In this document: piece by piece, positions 9,002-18,907 of the stretch
How positions within the stretch are numbered: position 1 is the stretch's first letter
How the letters are laid out: each line of letters opens with the position of its first letter
NCBI GenBank assembly: GCA_043778225.1
Contig: JAYWGM010000013.1
Location: forward strand, 1 to 42,712
Direction of reading: 5' to 3'
From: Deinococcales bacterium
GTDB lineage: Bacteria; Deinococcota; Deinococci; Deinococcales; JAAFIG01
Length of the DNA: 42,712 bases
Notes under the pieces: generated by a model
Databases searched by the model: none
What the model saw: only the letters and a program-made list of their open reading frames with translations
What the model was told of the DNA's origin: nothing
Program-made: the position numbers and the translations under genes

Positions 9002-10120
9002 CTATTTTAGATTCTCGGGGTTTAAGCCGTGCAAATCGCTTGGCAAAAATAAGCCGTCCCTACGAATCACCTCACCGTCAAAAATAATTTCGCCGCCGCC
9101 ATATTCTGGGGTCTGGATAAAAACCATGTCCCAATGCACCGAACTGCGGTTGGTGTTATCAGCAGTTTCGTAGGCTTGCCCCGGCGTAAAGTGAAAACTG
9201 CCAGCAATTTTTTCATCGAACAGAATATCAAGCATTGGCTTGGTGATATACGGATTAAAACCAATCGCAAATTCGCCGATGTAGCGTGCGCCTTCGTCGG
9301 AATCAAGAATTTCGTTGAGCCGAGTCGTGTTGTTGCTGGTGGCGGAAACAATTTTGCCATCCCGAAACTCGAGCGCAATGTTTTCAAAACGCACCCCATG
9401 GTAAAGCGTTGGGGTGTTGTAATGAATTATTCCATTGACACTGTTTTTGACCGGGCTGGTAAAAATTTCGCCGTCTGGGATGTTGCGGTCGCCACTACAA
9501 GTGACCGCCCCAATGCCTTTAATGCTAAACTCGAGGTCGGTGTTCAGACCCGTTAAACGCACTTTATCGGTCTCGAGCATTCGTTTTTTCAGGGGTTGCT
9601 GAGCGAGGTGCATTTTGTTGTAATCGAGCGTACAGACATTAAAGTAAAATTCTTCAAAGGCAGCGCTGCTCATGCCAGCGCTTTGGGCAAAGCTCGAGCT
9701 TGGGTAGCGCAAGACCACCCATTTGGTGTGTGCCACCCGATGTCGATGGACTTCTCCCCAAATATGCTTTTGGTAATGCGCCATACGGTCGCCCGGCACA
9801 TCAGACATCTCGAGGGCGTTGTTGCTGCCACGAATGCCAATGTAGGCATCCATCTGTGTCATGCGCTGATGCTCCCACGATGCCCAACGGGTCATCATTT
9901 CTTCCGAAGCATTCATGTAGAGTTTTCGCAAAACGCGATTGTGTTTGGTCTCCACAAATGGAATCGCGCCCGCCTGTACCACACGATCTATTAGGGTCTC
10001 GAGTAAACTTTCGGGAATATCAAAAGCCTCGATTAAGACCCGTTCGCCAGCCTTTAATTGAGTCGAATGCGAGACCAGCACCTCTGCCAATTGCTCATGT
10101 TTTGAGTTCATGCTCGCCAT
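9002..10120 (-). CDS. Aminopeptidase, peptidase M29 family (AmpT/PepS-like)
   Basis: NIPDGEIFTSP, DEGARYIGEFAIG, ILFDEKIAGSFHFTPGQAY, NRSSVHWDMV. Confidence 0.95.
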   Translation of the reverse strand: MASMNSKHEQLAEVLVSHSTQLKAGERVLIEAFDIPESLLETLIDRVVQAGAIPFVETKHNRVLRKLYMNASEEMMTRWASWEHQRMTQMDAYIGIRGSNNALEMSDVPGDRMAHYQKHIWGEVHRHRVAHTKWVVLRYPSSSFAQSAGMSSAAFEEFYFNVCTLDYNKMHLAQQPLKKRMLETDKVRLTGLNTDLEFSIKGIGAVTCSGDRNIPDGEIFTSPVKNSVNGIIHYNTPTLYHGVRFENIALEFRDGKIVSATSNNTTRLNEILDSDEGARYIGEFAIGFNPYITKPMLDILFDEKIAGSFHFTPGQAYETADNTNRSSVHWDMVFIQTPEYGGGEIIFDGEVIRRDGLFLPSDLHGLNPENLK

Positions 10121-10189
10121 TTTGGCGCATTCTCAGGTTTCAGTACAAGGGGAAAAGATAAGAATAGTTTTCTCGAGCAAAGCAATAAT

Positions 10190-11557
10190 CTATTGTGATT
10201 GCAATGTCAGTCGATAAGACCGATTATCCAGTGATAAAACCCCAGAAACAGTACCTTGATTGGTAAATTGAAAGAAGTAAAAACCACCAACTTTGACACC
10301 ATTTTCAAACACTTCTGGTGGAGATACTTTCGGCATCGGTATCGCTGCTGTTTGCGCTTGGAAACGTTGGCAAATTAAACCGGGTGGATTCGACTCACAA
10401 AGCTGAAGAATTTCTCCTGCAAATGTTAAGTTTCGTGTTCCGATTTGCAACGAGCCATTGACCGTATACACATCTTTATCTTTATACAATGGTACAGATT
10501 TAATTTGCAGGGTAAGTTTTTCAGGGGTCGAAACGCCGATTTTTTGCTCGAGTAAAAGGTCGTTGCGAAGATCAAAAAACTGCTGACCACAAAAATTTCC
10601 ATCAGAAAGTGTAGCTAGACTTCGAGTCAAGTTGGGTGAGTAATTAAAAATGTTGCGATTGAGGTTAATGATTTTTTGCTTGGTTTGTAAATCCCAAGCC
10701 TCGAACTTATTCGAGTCTGATTTGACCGCAAATAAACCATTAGGTAAAACTTGTGAGTACCCAAGTTCAAGAAATGGTTGTAATTTCTCTTGACCATCCA
10801 TCCATGACCAAACCCCAATATAGCCGTTCGCACCCGTATTCTTAGTGTATTGACGCAGAGAAACAAATAATTTTTCGTTCTGAAAAGCGATATCACTAAA
10901 ATTCCACGCCATATCCACACTGGGTGTTTGTTGAAAAACAGCTTGACCAGTGGCAACATCAAGCACAACAATTCCTGCGCTATAATCGTAATAAACCACC
11001 CGAGAACCGTCTTGATTCAAAACTACCCGTACATAATTTTTTTCCAACCATGGTTCGGTCAAGGTTTTCTCGAGTACCAAAGTGCCATTGGTGGTGTTCC
11101 AAATTTGCAGTAGCTTATCTGTTACGGTCACACCACGTTTGAGGTCATCACTAAATTTGTATATCTTGCGTGGCATCACTTGGCTCGAGGTAAGAACTCC
11201 TGTAGCAGTGTAGCGCTCGAGGGTGATGACATCCTTGACCACCCGTTGCACCATCAGTTCGTTACCATTTGGTGTGAGTTCAATCGAAGCAGCATTGGTG
11301 ACATCAACGCTGCCAAGTTGGGTGGCGGTTTTGACATCCCAAACACCAATTTCATTGCCAGTCATTGTTGCAATCCGCGTCGCGTCAGCACTCCATCTGA
11401 GACTCGAAAACCTAGCTTCACAGTCATAAATTGCAGTTCCGTTGAATGTGCCACGTAAAATTCTTGATCCTGTGGCTAGGCTGACATCCACATAAAGGGT
11501 GTAACAACCGCCAAGAAAAAAAACCATCAAAACACTCAGCAGCATTCTCGCAATCAT
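10190..11557 (-). CDS. Lipoprotein with WD40-like beta-propeller
   Basis: Lipobox FLGGC; repeated IGVWDVKT, LQIWNTTNG, VVLDVATG, EAWDLQT blades; TAGACT 6 nt before the ATG. Confidence 0.8.
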   Translation of the reverse strand: MIARMLLSVLMVFFLGGCYTLYVDVSLATGSRILRGTFNGTAIYDCEARFSSLRWSADATRIATMTGNEIGVWDVKTATQLGSVDVTNAASIELTPNGNELMVQRVVKDVITLERYTATGVLTSSQVMPRKIYKFSDDLKRGVTVTDKLLQIWNTTNGTLVLEKTLTEPWLEKNYVRVVLNQDGSRVVYYDYSAGIVVLDVATGQAVFQQTPSVDMAWNFSDIAFQNEKLFVSLRQYTKNTGANGYIGVWSWMDGQEKLQPFLELGYSQVLPNGLFAVKSDSNKFEAWDLQTKQKIINLNRNIFNYSPNLTRSLATLSDGNFCGQQFFDLRNDLLLEQKIGVSTPEKLTLQIKSVPLYKDKDVYTVNGSLQIGTRNLTFAGEILQLCESNPPGLICQRFQAQTAAIPMPKVSPPEVFENGVKVGGFYFFQFTNQGTVSGVLSLDNRSYRLTLQSQ

Positions 11558-11662
11558 TGTTTTAGTCTACAGCTTCAAATCAAAAACATTCAATTCGCCC
11601 TAAAACACTACCCATACCAAATGTCAGGTGAAAATTGGCTTTATGGGCATAAGATTCCTCGC

Positions 11663-12391
11663 GTGGAAAACTTTTCAAAGGCACAGCAATCTTCTCGAGG
11701 TGAATTGTACTTAGCAGTTGCCTGTTTACTTTGGCTGATGTGGCTATTTGGTGCATTGTCGCAGTCGTTTACCCGCACACTTTCGGTGTTTTTATTCGAT
11801 TTACTCGGGGCAACCATGCTGCTTGTTTTGTCGCGGCATTTACCAACGGCTTTGCGTTTTACAGTCATGGGTTTAGGCTTGGCACTTTTGTCTATTGGGA
11901 TTGGTGATGGCAACCTGAGTGCAGCTTTAATCACCCAAACAGACCCCGCGATTTGGTTAGCGTGGCGACGACCATTTTATTATTTTGGCTCGCTTTTGGT
12001 GACTGTTTTTACCTTGGCTTTACCATTTGCCTTGCATCGGCAGGGTTTGTACCACAAAGCCAAACCTGTTTTGGTGGTTTTGATTGGCTTGATTGTATCT
12101 GGTCTGCTGACCAGTGGGTTAATTTTGGTCAACAAAACCGAGGCTTTTCAGGTTATTTTCTTTTTTGTGGGTTGTTTGATTGCCTGTATTTTTGCAATCC
12201 AGAACTTTATCTTGCGCCATAACGAACTTTCAAGAATCTTTCGCCAGTTGTCGGTGGTTTTTGTGTTGGTCAGCCTTGGGCGCTTGGTTTTGATTATTTT
12301 GAACGGTTCTTTTTTGGGCGATGTGATTTACGACCTCCTCTGGTGCGCTGGGGTCAGTGCAACCGCTTGGACATTGATAACTCGAGAATAG
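11663..12391 (+). CDS. Hypothetical polytopic membrane protein
   Basis: About 7-8 hydrophobic segments. Probable GTG start at 11663 (TAAGAT 7 nt upstream); the ORF is open from 11621. Confidence 0.75.
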   Translation: MENFSKAQQSSRGELYLAVACLLWLMWLFGALSQSFTRTLSVFLFDLLGATMLLVLSRHLPTALRFTVMGLGLALLSIGIGDGNLSAALITQTDPAIWLAWRRPFYYFGSLLVTVFTLALPFALHRQGLYHKAKPVLVVLIGLIVSGLLTSGLILVNKTEAFQVIFFFVGCLIACIFAIQNFILRHNELSRIFRQLSVVFVLVSLGRLVLIILNGSFLGDVIYDLLWCAGVSATAWTLITRE

Positions 12392-12419
12392 CTCATCACC
12401 AAAATGATAAAATAAAGCC

Positions 12420-14747
12420 GTGCCAACTCTCGAGGAACTGCGTCAACGCCTAAAAAAACCGCTTGAACGCGAACTTGCCATGGGTTGCCAAGATAAAGTC
12501 GTGACAGCTGGACTCGAGGCACTGCTGGGCAATGTGGCGCAGCCATTTCCAAAGGTGCGAGCCATTCTGGATGGTTACAGCACTTTCGCACAAGAAGAGC
12601 GCAAATCACGGCTGCTCGAGGCGCTGGCAATGCTCGAGGAAGGAAAAAAACCAGTTACCGTGGCTCGAGTGAGCCTTCCCAAAGACTTACCCACCGAGCG
12701 CACCCCTGTGCATCTCGATAGCCCACTCGAGCGGCTGACCCTACCGATGGGGGCGGTCAAAAAACTGGCACTGCTGAATGTCCGTTCGGCTCGAGATTTG
12801 CTGCATTTTTATCCACGTCGTTACGAAGACCGCCGCAAATTACCAGGCTTTCACTTAATCGAAGATGGTTCTAAAGTCACGATTGTCGGCACAGTCACCA
12901 GTAAATCCAGGGTCCAACCGCGCAAGGGAATGCTGATTTTGAAAGCCGAACTGCGCGACGATTACGGCAATATCGCGGCTGCCACATGGTTTAACCAGCC
13001 GTGGGTCGAAAAAACCCTGCGCGAAGGGGCGCGTTTAATCGTGACTGGCAAAGCCAAGCGCTTTGGGCGCAAGCTCGAGGTTGCCACCGAATACTTTGAA
13101 CTCGATGACGACGGCGAAAGTTTAAGCACCGACCGAATTATTGGCGTTTACAGCACCACCGATGGGATTTCGCAGGCGTTTTTGCGGCGTTGCGGACAAG
13201 CTGTTCTCGAGGCATTTGGCGAACTCGAGGATTATTTAAGCTCTAAAACCCGTGGCGAATTTAAGCTGCTGCCTTTGGCGCAAGCCCTGCGCGAAGCCCA
13301 CCAACCGACCGAACTCGAAATGCTCGAAACGGCACTCGAGCGCCTTAAATTTGATGAGTTTTTGTTTCTCGAGTTGCGGGTCATGCTCGAAGGCAAAAGC
13401 CATTTATTGGGTAAACAATTTCGCGCCACACTCGACGACATCAATCGTTTTGAAGCCGAACTGCCATTCAAGTTTACCAAGGCTCAGCGCCGTTGTTTGC
13501 TCGAGATAGCCCAGAGTATGCGTTTACCTAAACAGATGGCGCGGTTGTTGCAAGGCGATGTCGGCAGTGGCAAAACGGCAGTCGCAGCCTGTGCGCTTTA
13601 TTTGTGTGCGCTCGACGGGATGCAGGGCGCATTGATGGCACCGACCGAGATTCTGGCGCGGCAACATTTTTTGAATTTACAAAAGTATCTCTTTCCACTC
13701 GGCATCAAAATTGAGCTTTTTATTGGGGCAATGACGGTGCGAGAACGCCGTGCGGCGCGAGAACGGCTCGAGAGCGGCGAAATTGATATTGCGGTTGGCA
13801 CACAAGCCCTGATTCAAGAAGGGGTGGTTTTTAAGAACCTCGGACTGGCAGTCATAGACGAAGAACACCGCTTTGGTGTCATTCAACGCCGAGCGCTCTT
13901 AGTCAATCGCCCAGATGTTCTGGTGATGAGCGCTACACCGATTCCCCGCAGTCTGGCACTCACTGCTTACGGCGACCTCGAGCTAACGATTATTGACGAA
14001 CTGCCGCCAGGGCGCACCCCGATTCAAACCAAGTTGCTGCTGGACACGCACCGTCGCCAAGCCTACAGTTTTGTATTGCAACAAATTCGGCTGGGCAGGC
14101 AAGCCTTTGTGGTTGCGCCATTAATTGAAGAATCCGAAAAAATGGAAGAGATTCTGGCTGCCACCCAACTCGCCGCCGATTTACAGGAAATTCTGCCCGA
14201 GGCTCGAGTCGAATTGCTGCACGGCAAAATGCCACCCGAGCAAAAAGATGAAATCATGCAGCGCTTTAGAACAATACAATTTGATATTCTGGTTTCTACC
14301 ACCGTCATCGAAGTTGGTGTGGACGTGCCAAACGCCACGGTTATGGTTATAGAAAATGCCGAGCGCTTTGGCTTATCGCAGTTGCATCAGTTGCGTGGGC
14401 GGGTCGGGCGTGGCAGCGAACAAAGTTATTGTTTACTGGTAGCTGGCGACCACAGCAAAAAAACCAAAGAACGCCTGAAAGTCATCGAATCCACCACCGA
14501 CGGCTTTAAGATTGCCGAAGCCGACCTTAAATTGCGTGGACCGGGCGAAATCATGGGGACACGGCAAAGCGGCTTAGCAGACCTTAAACTTGGCGACATT
14601 GCCCGCGACACCGAAATTATCGAACAAGCCCGCAACCTTGCCAAGCGCATTCTCGAGTTTGACCCGACGCTCGAGAAACCCGTCAGCGCTCACTTGCGCC
14701 AAGAGCTTCAAGCCAGAGGCGATGGTTTTGTCAAAGATGTGATTTAG
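12420..14747 (+). CDS. recG: ATP-dependent DNA helicase RecG
   Basis: [58 protein letters not shown], plus an OB wedge domain. Confidence 0.98.
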   Translation: MPTLEELRQRLKKPLERELAMGCQDKVVTAGLEALLGNVAQPFPKVRAILDGYSTFAQEERKSRLLEALAMLEEGKKPVTVARVSLPKDLPTERTPVHLDSPLERLTLPMGAVKKLALLNVRSARDLLHFYPRRYEDRRKLPGFHLIEDGSKVTIVGTVTSKSRVQPRKGMLILKAELRDDYGNIAAATWFNQPWVEKTLREGARLIVTGKAKRFGRKLEVATEYFELDDDGESLSTDRIIGVYSTTDGISQAFLRRCGQAVLEAFGELEDYLSSKTRGEFKLLPLAQALREAHQPTELEMLETALERLKFDEFLFLELRVMLEGKSHLLGKQFRATLDDINRFEAELPFKFTKAQRRCLLEIAQSMRLPKQMARLLQGDVGSGKTAVAACALYLCALDGMQGALMAPTEILARQHFLNLQKYLFPLGIKIELFIGAMTVRERRAARERLESGEIDIAVGTQALIQEGVVFKNLGLAVIDEEHRFGVIQRRALLVNRPDVLVMSATPIPRSLALTAYGDLELTIIDELPPGRTPIQTKLLLDTHRRQAYSFVLQQIRLGRQAFVVAPLIEESEKMEEILAATQLAADLQEILPEARVELLHGKMPPEQKDEIMQRFRTIQFDILVSTTVIEVGVDVPNATVMVIENAERFGLSQLHQLRGRVGRGSEQSYCLLVAGDHSKKTKERLKVIESTTDGFKIAEADLKLRGPGEIMGTRQSGLADLKLGDIARDTEIIEQARNLAKRILEFDPTLEKPVSAHLRQELQARGDGFVKDVI

Positions 14748-14764
14748 GATGCTAGTCTAAAGCC

Positions 14765-15823
14765 ATGAAAGGCTTAATTCCAGCCGCCGGACTCGGAACT
14801 CGTCTGCGCCCTTTAACCTACACTTTGCCTAAACCGCTTTTGTGTGTTGCCAATAAACCCATTATTCAGTATGCAATTGAAGATTTACGCAATGCTGGCA
14901 TTACCCAAATTGGGATTATTGTCTCAGATTTTGTCAAGGCAGCCCTCGAGAAAGAAGCCTTAGAAGTCGAAGGCGTACAAATTAGCTACATCACCCAAAA
15001 AGAGCAGCTTGGTATTGCTCACGCGGTCAAAGAAGCCGCCTCGTGGCTGGATGGCGCGGATTTTTGTTTGTACTTATCGGATAATCTGTTTGAACAAGGT
15101 GTCTCGAGTTTTGTGCAAAGTTTCCAAAAAGGTGATGTGGATGGGGTGATTGCCTTGGTCAAAGTCGAGAACCCCAAGGAATTTGGGGTGGCGGTGCTGG
15201 ATGGCGCTGGCAAAGTCGAGATGATTCTCGAGAAACCGCAAAACCCACCGAGTAACTTGGCGGTGGCTGGGGTTTACTGCTTCAAAAACCGTATTCTCGA
15301 GGTGATAGACCAGCTTGCACCATCCGCCCGTGGTGAGTACGAAATTACCGACGCAATCAGTGGCTTAATGAAAATTGGTTCAATTCGTGGGCTAGAAGTC
15401 CAAGGCTGGTGGAAAGACACTGGCAGACACGATGACCTGCTCGATGCCAACCGCTTGTTGCTCGAGCGTATTGAACCAATCAACAACGGGCAAGTCGAGA
15501 ACTCGAGGTTGGTTGGTCGGGTGCGTATCGAAAGCGGCGCAGTGGTTAAAAACAGCACCATCATCGGACCGGCTTTAATTGGTATTGGCGCAAAACTCGA
15601 GAATGTCTATGTTGGTCCGTTTACCAGCATTGGCGAGGGCGCAAGCCTAAAAAGTGTTGAACTTGAATTTAGTGTGATTCAAGACGAAGCCAAACTCGAG
15701 GATATTGCGGTGCGCTTGCACGAGTGCCTGATTGGTCGCAAAGCCATTGTGCGCGGCTCGAGTACCATCCCAAGGGTTCACCGCTTGGTTTTATCCGATG
15801 CCAGCGTGGTCGAACTTGGGTAA
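14765..15823 (+). CDS. rfbA: Glucose-1-phosphate thymidylyltransferase, long form
   Basis: AAGLGTRLRPLT...PKPL, PSARGEYEITDA, WWKDTG; C-terminal left-handed beta-helix. Confidence 0.9.
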   Translation: MKGLIPAAGLGTRLRPLTYTLPKPLLCVANKPIIQYAIEDLRNAGITQIGIIVSDFVKAALEKEALEVEGVQISYITQKEQLGIAHAVKEAASWLDGADFCLYLSDNLFEQGVSSFVQSFQKGDVDGVIALVKVENPKEFGVAVLDGAGKVEMILEKPQNPPSNLAVAGVYCFKNRILEVIDQLAPSARGEYEITDAISGLMKIGSIRGLEVQGWWKDTGRHDDLLDANRLLLERIEPINNGQVENSRLVGRVRIESGAVVKNSTIIGPALIGIGAKLENVYVGPFTSIGEGASLKSVELEFSVIQDEAKLEDIAVRLHECLIGRKAIVRGSSTIPRVHRLVLSDASVVELG

Positions 15824-15862
15824 CTGGTGGCTCGAGTTGGCTTACACAAGTCTTTTTCCCCT

Positions 15863-15890
15863 TTTAACCTTTAACCTTTAACCTTTAACC
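15863..15890. repeat. Heptamer tandem repeat (TTTAACC)4
   Basis: Four exact copies immediately upstream of trmL. Confidence 0.97.
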
Positions 15891-15898
15891 TTAGTCCT

Positions 15899-16384
15899 GT
15901 GCTTAATGTTGTTCTTTATCAGCCCGAAATTCCTCATAACACGGGTGCAATTGCCCGAACTTGTGCCTTAATCAAAACACGGCTGCATTTGGTCAGACCT
16001 TTTGGTTTTCAATTACTCGATAAGCGCATGAAACGTGCCAGCATGGATTATCTCGAGGATGCCGAACTGACCGAACACGCTTCTTGGCAAGCCTTCGAGG
16101 CAACCATTCCCGATGCTTCTCGGGTGTTTGTCTTGTCGGGTTGGGCTTCGCAAATTTATTCGCAAGTCGAATATCAAAAAGATGATTACTTGGTCTTTGG
16201 ACGTGAATCAGACGGTGTACCTCGAGAAATCCTCGAGAAATACCGCACTTTACGAATTCCAATGCCGGGTGCAGAAGCCAATCCCCGAGACGACCACCGT
16301 TTTCATAGTCTTAATTTATCGGTCAGTGTCGGCATTGCGGCATTTGAAGCAGCGCGGCAAATCAGTAAAAATTGGAGCTTGTAA
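15899..16384 (+). CDS. trmL: tRNA (cytidine/uridine-34-2'-O)-methyltransferase, SPOUT family
   Basis: VVLYQPEIPHNTGAIARTC, LVFGRESDG, LRIPM, SLNLSVSV. Confidence 0.93.
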   Translation: MLNVVLYQPEIPHNTGAIARTCALIKTRLHLVRPFGFQLLDKRMKRASMDYLEDAELTEHASWQAFEATIPDASRVFVLSGWASQIYSQVEYQKDDYLVFGRESDGVPREILEKYRTLRIPMPGAEANPRDDHRFHSLNLSVSVGIAAFEAARQISKNWSL

Positions 16385-16427
16385 CGAATTGGCTACCAAG
16401 ACTACAAATTTGCGCTAGTATGTTGAT

Positions 16428-17570
16428 ATGCAAGCCGTGATTGCCTCGAGTGATTTAACCATGACCATGGCTTTACAAACAGCCTTGGACGGCTTTGATG
16501 TGCGCCATATAGACACAGCCGACCAAGCCTTGCTCGAGGCACACCTTTCAAATCCCTTGGTGGTGATTATTCACGCCAACTTAGGCGGCACAATCGCTGC
16601 CCATGAGGTGGCTGGTCTGCTATCGCGGCGGGCAGATTTACGCAATACATGGCTGGTGGCAGTTTCGCCACTCGAGCAGATGATTCAATTTTATGAAGCG
16701 GGTATCGGAGAAGTTGAACCCGAGCCATTTCAGGCGGCGCGTTTTAAGGTGCGGCTCGAGCTTGGTTTACGCAGCAAACAAGCCCAGCAGGGTCTGCATG
16801 GGCGTTTAGATACCCTCGACCAAAAATACACCAATTTACTCGAGGAAGAACGCTTGCGCGACCGCTTAACCCATATGCTGGTACACGACCTTAAAAATCC
16901 GATTACCGCCATCATGGGGGCAGTTGATTTTGTGCGTTCGGACGCGCCAACCATGACCCAACAGCACCGCGACTTAATCGAAATGGCGTTTGAGGAATCA
17001 CAGCGTTTATTGTACTTGGCGAGCAATATCCTTGAAGTGCGTAAAATGCGCGATGGCAAACTGCGGCTCGAGCCAAAAGCCATGGCGGGTAAAGACTTAC
17101 AACGTGTCATTGAAAACGCAATCATGGATGTCGGTATCGGGATGCAGCAGCGCCGTGTTCGCGCTCGAGTACCAAACAGCCTAGCGCTCTTTAGCGCCGA
17201 CGAAGACATTGTGCGCCGTATTTTAGCCAATCTGATTTCTAATGCCTTAAAGCACACCCTGCCCCAAGGCAGAATTCAAATCGAAGCTCGAGTCGTTGCC
17301 ACAATGATTGAAGTTGCCGTCCACGACGACGGTGAAGGTATCCCAGATGAAGATGTCGAACGGATTTTTGCCGATTTTGAACGCTCGAGACTGACCAACA
17401 GCACCCGTTTTGACACCGGCATGGGTCTGGCTTTTTGTAAATTAGCGGTCGAGCAGCACGGTGGTAAAATTTGGGTCGAAAGCGCCCGCGATAAAGGCTC
17501 GAGCTTTTTCTTTACACTGCCTCAGGAAGTCCCAGAACCAGTCGAGGTCGTTGAATTGCTGGATACCTAA
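16428..17570 (+). CDS. Cytoplasmic histidine kinase with degenerate N-terminal receiver-like domain
   Basis: H-box HDLKNP, N-box NLISNALK, G1 DDGEG, G2 TGMGLAFC; the N-terminus is receiver-like but lacks canonical acidic residues. Confidence 0.9.
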   Translation: MQAVIASSDLTMTMALQTALDGFDVRHIDTADQALLEAHLSNPLVVIIHANLGGTIAAHEVAGLLSRRADLRNTWLVAVSPLEQMIQFYEAGIGEVEPEPFQAARFKVRLELGLRSKQAQQGLHGRLDTLDQKYTNLLEEERLRDRLTHMLVHDLKNPITAIMGAVDFVRSDAPTMTQQHRDLIEMAFEESQRLLYLASNILEVRKMRDGKLRLEPKAMAGKDLQRVIENAIMDVGIGMQQRRVRARVPNSLALFSADEDIVRRILANLISNALKHTLPQGRIQIEARVVATMIEVAVHDDGEGIPDEDVERIFADFERSRLTNSTRFDTGMGLAFCKLAVEQHGGKIWVESARDKGSSFFFTLPQEVPEPVEVVELLDT

Positions 17571-18799
17571 AATTCGACGTTATAGCCCGTGCCATCTTCG
17601 GAGCGCAATAATTTGCCGTTGATGTCCCACTGGAAACCTTGGTTGCTGGCACTAAAAGGGTCGGTTGGCATTTTGTCAAAGTAACGTCCTTCGAGGGCAT
17701 TGATATTGGCTGGTGGGACACCTTGGGTCAGGGCAACCGTGGCGTGTAATGCCAAAGTCACTTGGGTTGCCCGAAAGGCTTGCTCGAGCTTACAGGTTCT
17801 GGTGGCTAAGCCATAAGGCGGAACCCAACTGGTCAATAAGGCATTGCCAATGCTATTGGGAATCAGTGGGTTGGTGTTCAAAAAACTTGGGTTAGCAGGG
17901 GCTTCGGCTTCTTTGGCTTCGGGGCAGTTCCCAGCCCGTTGTAAAATACCCTCGAGCCAGAGCGTGTAGGTTTCGAGTGTTTTACCGCTTTGTAAGGCAT
18001 AGGCTTTGGGCATAAAACGCACCAACGGCGAAGCAACGTTAATCTGCAAGGTCTGATTTGGGGTTTTGCCTGTAGCAGCGTCCAGAGCTAACCTAAAAAA
18101 GCGCCGTTCAGATTTCAGGCTTTCCTCGAGCGCGGTGCTGCTCGGCGCTTGGCTTTGTAGGTTTTTGAGTAAACTGCGCCATGTTTTATCCTCAAACTGA
18201 CTGGCTCGCATGGCATTTCGCATCTGAGCTAAAACCAACTGCCCAAGGCTATCGCCAACGTCTAGCTCGAGTAATGACCCTTTAGAATTACGAATTAAAT
18301 TGGCGGCTTTCCAGACCAAGAAAAAGTCTTGCCACGCGCCTTTTGAATCGCCGCTTTTGAGTTTTAAGTTCGCCCGCAATAAAAGTAATTCGCCTAACTG
18401 ATGCCAACCTTGGACATCACGCGGTAGGGCAACCACACTGACTTGATCGTAGGTTTGAAAATAGGGGTCTCGAGCAGGACTGAACGACTTATTTTTGGCA
18501 ATTCCTACCTCAAAGGTTTCTAGTGCCTCGGTATTACCCGAGAGTAAACGAGCGGCTTCGGACTGAATCCAATTGCCTGGTTGTAAAAATAAGCGTGGTT
18601 CAATTTTTTTTAAATCCATTTTAGCGGTTGCCCTTGAAAAAAAAGGCAAGGCATTACCTAGGTCTGGCACAGGCTCGAGTTTGGGTTCTAAGTTGGCTCG
18701 AGTTGGGCTGGGTTGGTCTGGTGCAAAAAGCGGTAAACCCAAGTTAAAACCAAGCAACAACACGAAAACCAAGGCAATACCCACTAAAAACGGACGCAT
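17567..18799 (-). CDS. Hypothetical membrane-anchored helical protein
   Basis: N-terminal TM helix, all-alpha body, C-terminal P..L.G.Y....PTDPF motif reminiscent of pseudopilin-like tails. Start uncertain (18799-18841). Confidence 0.7.
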   Translation of the reverse strand: MRPFLVGIALVFVLLLGFNLGLPLFAPDQPSPTRANLEPKLEPVPDLGNALPFFSRATAKMDLKKIEPRLFLQPGNWIQSEAARLLSGNTEALETFEVGIAKNKSFSPARDPYFQTYDQVSVVALPRDVQGWHQLGELLLLRANLKLKSGDSKGAWQDFFLVWKAANLIRNSKGSLLELDVGDSLGQLVLAQMRNAMRASQFEDKTWRSLLKNLQSQAPSSTALEESLKSERRFFRLALDAATGKTPNQTLQINVASPLVRFMPKAYALQSGKTLETYTLWLEGILQRAGNCPEAKEAEAPANPSFLNTNPLIPNSIGNALLTSWVPPYGLATRTCKLEQAFRATQVTLALHATVALTQGVPPANINALEGRYFDKMPTDPFSASNQGFQWDINGKLLRSEDGTGYNVEF

Positions 18800-18907
18800 G
18801 ATGGGCGAAGTGTACCGCATTGGCTCGAGGGCAGGAGTCACACACTGGCTCGAGTGGGCTAGAAATGCCTATCGCAACTGGCTTAGAAAAAAGGCATAAT
18901 AAAAGAA

